Assembly (NCBI GenBank): GCA_964631935.1
Contig: CAZWAV010000001.1
Location: 116,482 to 180,481 of the forward strand
DNA length: 64,000 nt
Direction: 5' to 3'
From: an uncultured Candidatus Saccharibacteria bacterium
Lineage (GTDB): Bacteria; Patescibacteriota; Minisyncoccia; Phycocordibacterales; UBA9973
Part shown: in pieces, positions 58,996 through 64,000 of the stretch
Numbering within the stretch: position 1 is the first letter of the stretch
Layout of the letters: every line of letters starts with the position of its first letter
Made by a program: the position numbers and the translations under genes
The notes under the pieces: generated by a model
The model's database searches: none
What the model was told of the DNA's origin: nothing
Seen by the model: the letters and a program-made list of their open reading frames with translations, nothing else

Positions 58996-59364
58996 TTACA
59001 ATTTTTCAGATTTAAATTCATCCAACTTTATACGTTCTGGATGATCATCCACTACACATATTGTCACAATTCCAGCATCTGGATTTTTCTTTGCAACAAA
59101 ACGGTAATCTTTGAATGTTGTTGGTTTTGTTGGGCTTTCTTTTGTAAATTCCAGGCCGTCTATATAGCATCTGAGAAATGCTTCTTTGTTATATTTAGAC
59201 CAGAAAGCATTTTGTTTTAGCTCGTCTAGTGAGAACCAGAATTTCTGATCTTCGACTATGCGTACCTTTTTTGCATGTAAATTTACACGTTGGCAATACC
59301 CTTCTATGGGGTATACACAAAAAATAAAACCTAAAAATAGGATTAAGTTGATTGGCTTTTTCAT
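58996..59364 (-). CDS. hypothetical secreted protein
   Basis: 122 aa. Signal peptide and a Cys after the cleavage region. Confidence 0.4.
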   Translation of the reverse strand: MKKPINLILFLGFIFCVYPIEGYCQRVNLHAKKVRIVEDQKFWFSLDELKQNAFWSKYNKEAFLRCYIDGLEFTKESPTKPTTFKDYRFVAKKNPDAGIVTICVVDDHPERIKLDEFKSEKL

Positions 59365-59615
59365 TATCGTAATTTTATTGGTTAGTTAAGATTGTTTGAA
59401 TTACTTTAAACTCCATATAGAAATATAAAGTAATTCAAACAAAATACAGCAATAAAAAAATATGTCAAAGAACTATTACTGCTATTATAATAGCACGATT
59501 AACCTAGTTCGTCAAATAGAATTAGTAAATTTATTAATAATTGACATCAGTATGCTTAATGTTAATATTGTGAGTGAAACTAGTAGTTTGCTGTTTCTTA
59601 AAAATCAATACTCTT

Positions 59616-60932
59616 ATGGCAAAGAAAAAGGCAACCAAGACTTTCGTTTTGGATACAAATGTTATATTGCATGACTCTTCATGTATATATAAATTTGAGG
59701 AACACAATATTGTATTACCTATACAAGTTATCGAAGAACTCGATTCCTTTAAGAAAGGATTCGAAACGATAAACTTTCACGCAAGAGAATTTTGTCGAAT
59801 GCTCGACGACCTTTCTTCAGATAAAATATTTAATGGTGGGGTGTCTTTGGGTAAAAACTTGGGAAAACTAAGAATATCTCTTTCTCTTCCATGGCACGAT
59901 ACTGTTAAAGAAAACCTGCGTGTGCAAACTGTCGATGCAGAAATTATAAACCTGGCATATTGTTTAAATGATGGCAAGAAAGACGGTATTGTGATCATAG
60001 TTTCAAAAGACGTAAACCTGCGTTTGAAGGCTAAGGCATTAGGGGTTATGGCTCAAGATTTTCTCCACGAGACTGTTGTTAATATTGATTTATTGTTCGA
60101 AGAAGTAAAAATCATTGATGCGTCAAAGGAATTGATAGATAACTTGTATAAAGACGCAAATCCAGTTCCTCACATAATTAAAGGCGCAAAAGAAAACCAG
60201 AATTTTATTTTAAAGAACGACAAACAATCAGTACTTGTCAGAAATAAAGATGGCTCATTAAAAGCAATCCTAAAAGACAAATTGTATGCTTTTAACTTAA
60301 AAGCCAAAAATTCAGAACAAGCATTTGCGATGGATGCTTTACTTGATCCATCAATAACATTGGTAGCGATTGAAGCTAAAGCCGGTACGGGCAAGACAAT
60401 AATTTCATTGGCTTCCGGATTACAGCAATTAAAAGACAATCGTTATACAAAAGTATTTTTTTCACGTCAAACCATTTCTATGGGAGATCGTGAGATTGGT
60501 TTCTTGAAGGGAGGCATTGATGAAAAAATTGGCCCATTTATGAATGGGATGAAAGACAACCTTGATGTCCTCAGCAATCTTCATAAAACCAATGATGAGA
60601 AGATTAAAAAATTTCAGACTGCTGAGTTGCTTTTAGTCGAGCCACTGCCATATATTAGAGGCAGGAGCTTAAATAAAGTATTCTTTATTATTGACGAAGC
60701 TCAAAACCTTACACCACACGAGGTAAAAACCATAGTAACCCGTGCAGGAGAAGGTACAAAGATAGTGTTGATTGGTGATACTCACCAAATAGATCATCCT
60801 TATCTTGACCAGAGATCAAATGGATTAAGCTACTTAATCCAGAAATTTAAAAACCGGTCGTGTTTCAGTCATGTACATTTAATAAAGAATGAAAGATCAG
60901 CACTAGCTGAACTTGCAGGAGAACTTTTGTAA
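59616..60932 (+). CDS. PhoH2-type protein: N-terminal PIN domain fused to PhoH-like ATPase
   Basis: The PIN acidic residues sit in VLDTNVILHD. The PhoH region has Walker A EAKAGTGKT and Walker B FIIDEAQN. Confidence 0.8.
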   Translation: MAKKKATKTFVLDTNVILHDSSCIYKFEEHNIVLPIQVIEELDSFKKGFETINFHAREFCRMLDDLSSDKIFNGGVSLGKNLGKLRISLSLPWHDTVKENLRVQTVDAEIINLAYCLNDGKKDGIVIIVSKDVNLRLKAKALGVMAQDFLHETVVNIDLLFEEVKIIDASKELIDNLYKDANPVPHIIKGAKENQNFILKNDKQSVLVRNKDGSLKAILKDKLYAFNLKAKNSEQAFAMDALLDPSITLVAIEAKAGTGKTIISLASGLQQLKDNRYTKVFFSRQTISMGDREIGFLKGGIDEKIGPFMNGMKDNLDVLSNLHKTNDEKIKKFQTAELLLVEPLPYIRGRSLNKVFFIIDEAQNLTPHEVKTIVTRAGEGTKIVLIGDTHQIDHPYLDQRSNGLSYLIQKFKNRSCFSHVHLIKNERSALAELAGELL

Positions 60933-61092
60933 AAAATTTAATTAAACAACAAAAAGAGCAACTTTCGTTGCTCTTTTTTATATTTGACATTAATATCAAA
61001 AGTGTTAAAATGATCAAAAAATAAAGAGGTTTGAATGACCTTAGCGGGTAAAAATTAACTTTATCCCCTGTGGTCATTTAAACCCCTCGATT

Positions 61093-61569
61093 ATGCCATC
61101 TGTACAAGAAATAGAAAAAATCGTTAACAAATTTAATGAACCATTTTTTAAAACAGAAGATAAACCTTATTATGTTCAATCGTATGTTGGCATTAGGCCA
61201 AGCAATTTATCTGATGATAAATTTGAGATATTCTTTATTGAAAATGACATACAGGAATTAGTACGAGCGAAACTAATATGTTTTCTGTTTAAAATTTTAA
61301 ACGAATTAAAAATTGTTCCCTCAGAAATTAACTACGTAATTCCAGATAATACTTGTAACCCAGAATACTTTTCTTACCCTATTACTCCTGAAGAATTAGG
61401 TTTTATACCGATGGGTAATGAATACGATGCTTCAAAATTTAAGCTTCCTGCTGAAAAGTATTATGAGTATTACAACAAGCGTTACTATAAGTACCCTTTG
61501 GTGCCTGGTGGTCATAAATTTTATGACGTAGAATTCAAGTATGTTTGGGTTCATGGTATTGTAATTTAA
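61093..61569 (+). CDS. hypothetical protein
   Basis: 158 aa, Y/K-rich. Confidence 0.4.
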   Translation: MPSVQEIEKIVNKFNEPFFKTEDKPYYVQSYVGIRPSNLSDDKFEIFFIENDIQELVRAKLICFLFKILNELKIVPSEINYVIPDNTCNPEYFSYPITPEELGFIPMGNEYDASKFKLPAEKYYEYYNKRYYKYPLVPGGHKFYDVEFKYVWVHGIVI

Positions 61570-61604
61570 CAGGAACATAAATTATTTTCGGTGGTTCATT
61601 AGGT

Positions 61605-61641
61605 AAGGGGTCGGATTTTATCCGGCTCCTTTTTTTATTTG
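61605..61641 (+). terminator. rho-independent terminator
   Basis: GGGGTCGGAT-ttt-ATCCGGCTCC followed by TTTTTTTATTT. Confidence 0.5.
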
Positions 61642-61713
61642 TGACCCTACAGGGAATCGAACCCTGATTACCGCCTTGAGAAGGCGATGTCCTAACCGTT
61701 AGACGATAGGGCC
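61642..61713 (-). tRNA. tRNA-Glu (anticodon CUC)
   Basis: Minus-strand cloverleaf. Acceptor GGCCCTA/TAGGGTC (one G.U), anticodon stem TCGCC/GGCGG with loop TTCTCAA, T-arm CAGGG-TTCGATT-CCCTG. Confidence 0.8.
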
Positions 61714-61759
61714 AATATGTAAACGTAAACTTATTTTAAATTTTAATAATTTATAAATT

Positions 61760-61812
61760 CGCCTTCTTACGGCGATGTCCGCTATATTCTAATTTGGTTA
61801 GACGATAGGGCC
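61760..61812 (-). pseudogene. partial tRNA-like duplicate (5' acceptor/D-stem 16 nt and anticodon-stem 10 nt identical to tRNA-Glu; no T-arm)
   Basis: GGCCCTATCGTCTAAC...GGACATCGCC are shared with the tRNA-Glu 46 nt downstream. The D-loop and anticodon loop differ, and the 3' half is absent. Confidence 0.4.
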
Positions 61813-61854
61813 AGTAGCGAAAATATAGCATTTTTGGATAAAAAAGCAAAAAGA

Positions 61855-61887
61855 AAACGCGTCTAAATTAATAGACGCGTTTTAAGT
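61855..61887 (-). terminator. intrinsic terminator for minus-strand small ORF
   Basis: AAAACGCGTCTA-ttaatt-TAGACGCGTTTT, followed on the minus strand by a T-rich tract. Confidence 0.45.
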
Positions 61888-61909
61888 TAAGATTTTGAAC
61901 AGGCGGCTT

Positions 61910-62086
61910 TTAACCGTTGGCAATTTTTTTAATTCCGGTAGTATTACCGAAATCCACAATTTTCCCAGTGGTCGTCTGGTTTTGTTTTCTGGCAGCATTT
62001 AATGTGCTTTGTACATTTTGCAATTTCTTTGCATCATGCTTTTCTCTTGGAGAAGAGTAGCCTCTTCCGTACTGGTTTTTGCCCAT
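61910..62086 (-). CDS. unannotated small hypothetical protein (58 aa)
   Basis: Hand-translated: MGKNQYGRGYSSPREKHDAKKLQNVQSTLNAARKQNQTTTGKIVDFGNTTGIKKIANG. It has its own terminator. Confidence 0.25.
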   Translation of the reverse strand: MGKNQYGRGYSSPREKHDAKKLQNVQSTLNAARKQNQTTTGKIVDFGNTTGIKKIANG

Positions 62087-62188
62087 TTTGGTTTTTTTAA
62101 AAGATTAAAAAATATAAAAGGTACAATCTATCAGAAGATAAATTGACTTACAATATATTACATATTTGACTAGTTTGTCAATAGGAGG

Positions 62189-63511
62189 CTACCGATTCTG
62201 CCATTCTTTCTCCTGACGGCATAGGAGCTTGGATTTGAGCTCAGGATGGGCCATTATAGCCTCTACAGCCCTCTCTAGGCGTATACCTTGTGAACCTTTG
62301 AGTAATACTACATCCCCTGCTTTTACTGTATCTTTAAGGAAAATAGCTGCTTGCTTGGAAGTATCTAATCTTTCAATTTTTTTCTCTGGTAATCCTTTCT
62401 CTATAGCGCCTTCAGCTATAAACTTGGATCGATGACCGACAACGACAAGTATATCGGCAACATCAGAAACTTTTTCACCAATTTCTCTGTGAGCCTGCTC
62501 TGTCATCTTTCCGAGTTCAAGCATATCACCTAGGACTGCGATTTTCCTCTTCCCTTTCATGTCTTTTAATACATCAATTGCAGCTTCCATGGCTATAGGT
62601 GAAGCATTGTATGTATCATCTATTAAGATAGAGTTGTTTATACCTTCGAGTAAAGATAGTCGTCCTGGTGGGGTCACATACTCTGTAATCGCATTTATAG
62701 ACGCAAGCAAGTCGCAACCTACTTCATGAGCCACAGCCAAAGCAGATAATGCTTGTCCAACATAATGCATACCTACGATATGCGGAAACATGACAGGAAA
62801 AGTATTACCATCATATTCCAATTTAAAGCTAATACCTTCTGGTATCGATAATCCATGCTCATCTACATATTTATAGTTTGGATAAGTACCATGATAAGTG
62901 GCGTTCTCATGTAGACCATAAGACACAGTTCGGCGATTAGCTTGAGAATGGAGAGCGTAAACTTTATCATCATCATGATTAAGCACAAGCACACCGTTTT
63001 GCTTTAAAGCAAAAGCGAGGCTACTCTTTTCTTCAATTATTTTTTCTACGCTACTAAAGAATTCTACATGTACTGGCTTATCAGGGAAACAAGTTACTAC
63101 CACAATATCTGGAGCGAGCCACTTTGCAATACTTTTAATATCATTTGGTTTACCAGCACCAACTTCAAGGATTAGCCACTCCGGATACGTCTTGGTCCAC
63201 CACATTAGAATAAATCCTTTTATAATATTTTCAATCCAAACAACTGGGTTATTCCAACCATTTGGAATTCCTAGTATGGTAAGAGGTAATCCAATCTCAC
63301 TGTTGTAGCTCTTCTCGCTTTTGCGGACTGTTTTAAATTTGGATAGTACAGTAAAAATGGCATCCTTTGTAGATGTCTTACCGACAGATCCTGTGATGGC
63401 GATAATTTTGGGTTTATATCGTACAAGCACGATGCGCGCCTGCCAAGTTAGAATTTTTATAACAATTTTTTTAAAGGTTTTTTTCATATTATCTATCTGG
63501 AGGAACATCAT
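62189..63511 (-). CDS. murF: UDP-N-acetylmuramoyl-tripeptide--D-alanyl-D-alanine ligase
   Basis: 440 aa. P-loop IAITGSVGKTSTKD. The start may be the internal ATG at 63487, which avoids overlap with the PBP stop. Confidence 0.85.
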   Translation of the reverse strand: MMFLQIDNMKKTFKKIVIKILTWQARIVLVRYKPKIIAITGSVGKTSTKDAIFTVLSKFKTVRKSEKSYNSEIGLPLTILGIPNGWNNPVVWIENIIKGFILMWWTKTYPEWLILEVGAGKPNDIKSIAKWLAPDIVVVTCFPDKPVHVEFFSSVEKIIEEKSSLAFALKQNGVLVLNHDDDKVYALHSQANRRTVSYGLHENATYHGTYPNYKYVDEHGLSIPEGISFKLEYDGNTFPVMFPHIVGMHYVGQALSALAVAHEVGCDLLASINAITEYVTPPGRLSLLEGINNSILIDDTYNASPIAMEAAIDVLKDMKGKRKIAVLGDMLELGKMTEQAHREIGEKVSDVADILVVVGHRSKFIAEGAIEKGLPEKKIERLDTSKQAAIFLKDTVKAGDVVLLKGSQGIRLERAVEAIMAHPELKSKLLCRQEKEWQNR

Positions 63512-64000
63512 AATAATTCATTAGGAATTTGCTGATATTTATAAAAGGTGGGATCAATGTCTGGGAAGCATATTTTACTTGCTTTGGATTTTTCAAGAAT
63601 AGAAAGACTAGGAATTTCGGGTCATATGCTGGGAAGTATCCAAAGAACGAGTGCATATGCCGATCCTCATAATACCCTTTTCCATTCTCCATTGCCACCT
63701 GAGCCGTTCCAGTCTTTGAACCGACACTATAGTGCTCAAATTTATGGCCTCCATTGTCATACGACTCAAATACATGAACTAGCATTCGGCTAATCGTATT
63801 ACTTGTCTCTTTCTTTATTATACCGTCACGTGTGATAGGATAATCGATAACTTTAGACAATCCATCATCGTAGCGAATTTGTTTTACTAAGTGAGGAGTG
63901 ATTAAATTACCACCATTAGTAATCGCAGAGAAAGCTCTTACAGCTTCTATCGGAGTCAGAGCTATACCTTGGCCGAAAGCAGCGTTGGCGTATTCGATAT
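63489..64000 (-). CDS. penicillin-binding protein transpeptidase domain (FtsI/PBP2-like), 5'-truncated by window edge
   Basis: The frame stays open to position 64000: ...YANAAFGQGIALTPIEAVRAFSAITNGG...SKTGTAQV (KTG motif). The C-terminus ends at 63489. Confidence 0.8.
   Translation of the reverse strand, partial: IEYANAAFGQGIALTPIEAVRAFSAITNGGNLITPHLVKQIRYDDGLSKVIDYPITRDGIIKKETSNTISRMLVHVFESYDNGGHKFEHYSVGSKTGTAQVAMENGKGYYEDRHMHSFFGYFPAYDPKFLVFLFLKNPKQVKYASQTLIPPFINISKFLMNYYDVPPDR

Overview
This is an AT-rich, gene-dense bacterial chromosomal window with coding on both strands, short intergenic gaps and frequent start/stop overlaps. It is read in the standard code: TGA acts as a stop, and conserved genes are full length with no in-frame TGA.

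Core content:
- tRNA-Leu followed 7 nt later by gatB.
- A compact sugar-phosphate module: gap, rpiB, rpe-like, a split transketolase (N and C subunits separated by a small membrane ORF), a PfkB kinase and a class II aldolase.
- Ribosomal proteins L25, L31, L27 and L9, plus prfA.
- tRNA-Ile followed by a complete F1Fo ATP synthase operon, atpZ-B-E-F-H-A-G-D-C.
- engB, csp, a DEAD-box helicase, an RRM protein, ctpA, rsmI, trhO, tRNA-Glu, murF, and a 5'-truncated PBP at the right edge.

Between these sit many small hypothetical, membrane or secreted ORFs and DUF proteins (DUF1653, DUF975, DUF167, DUF1905, DUF1211, TPM, TspO, cytochrome b5, SET).

The repertoire (split tkt, reduced metabolism, many tiny proteins) resembles reduced-genome Patescibacteria/CPR-like organisms. 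That is inference only.

Most notable:
1. A textbook autoregulated SOS cassette: a promoter with an embedded Cheo-type LexA box, then a small tail-hydrophobic ORF, lexA, a Pif1/RecD-family helicase and a stand-alone MGMT domain.
2. A candidate ~350-nt ncRNA downstream of gatB, with a consensus promoter, a duplicated hairpin+box module and an intrinsic terminator.
3. A block with a Bacteroidetes-flavoured ECF sigma factor and a T9SS C-terminal-domain protein, which may be HGT or a chimera.
4. A sequence-conserved GNRA-capped terminator hairpin present twice, with a compensatory change.
5. A 5'-half tRNA duplicate next to tRNA-Glu.
6. A 623-aa surface protein built from 26-residue repeats.

No CRISPR array, integrase or transposase was recognised.
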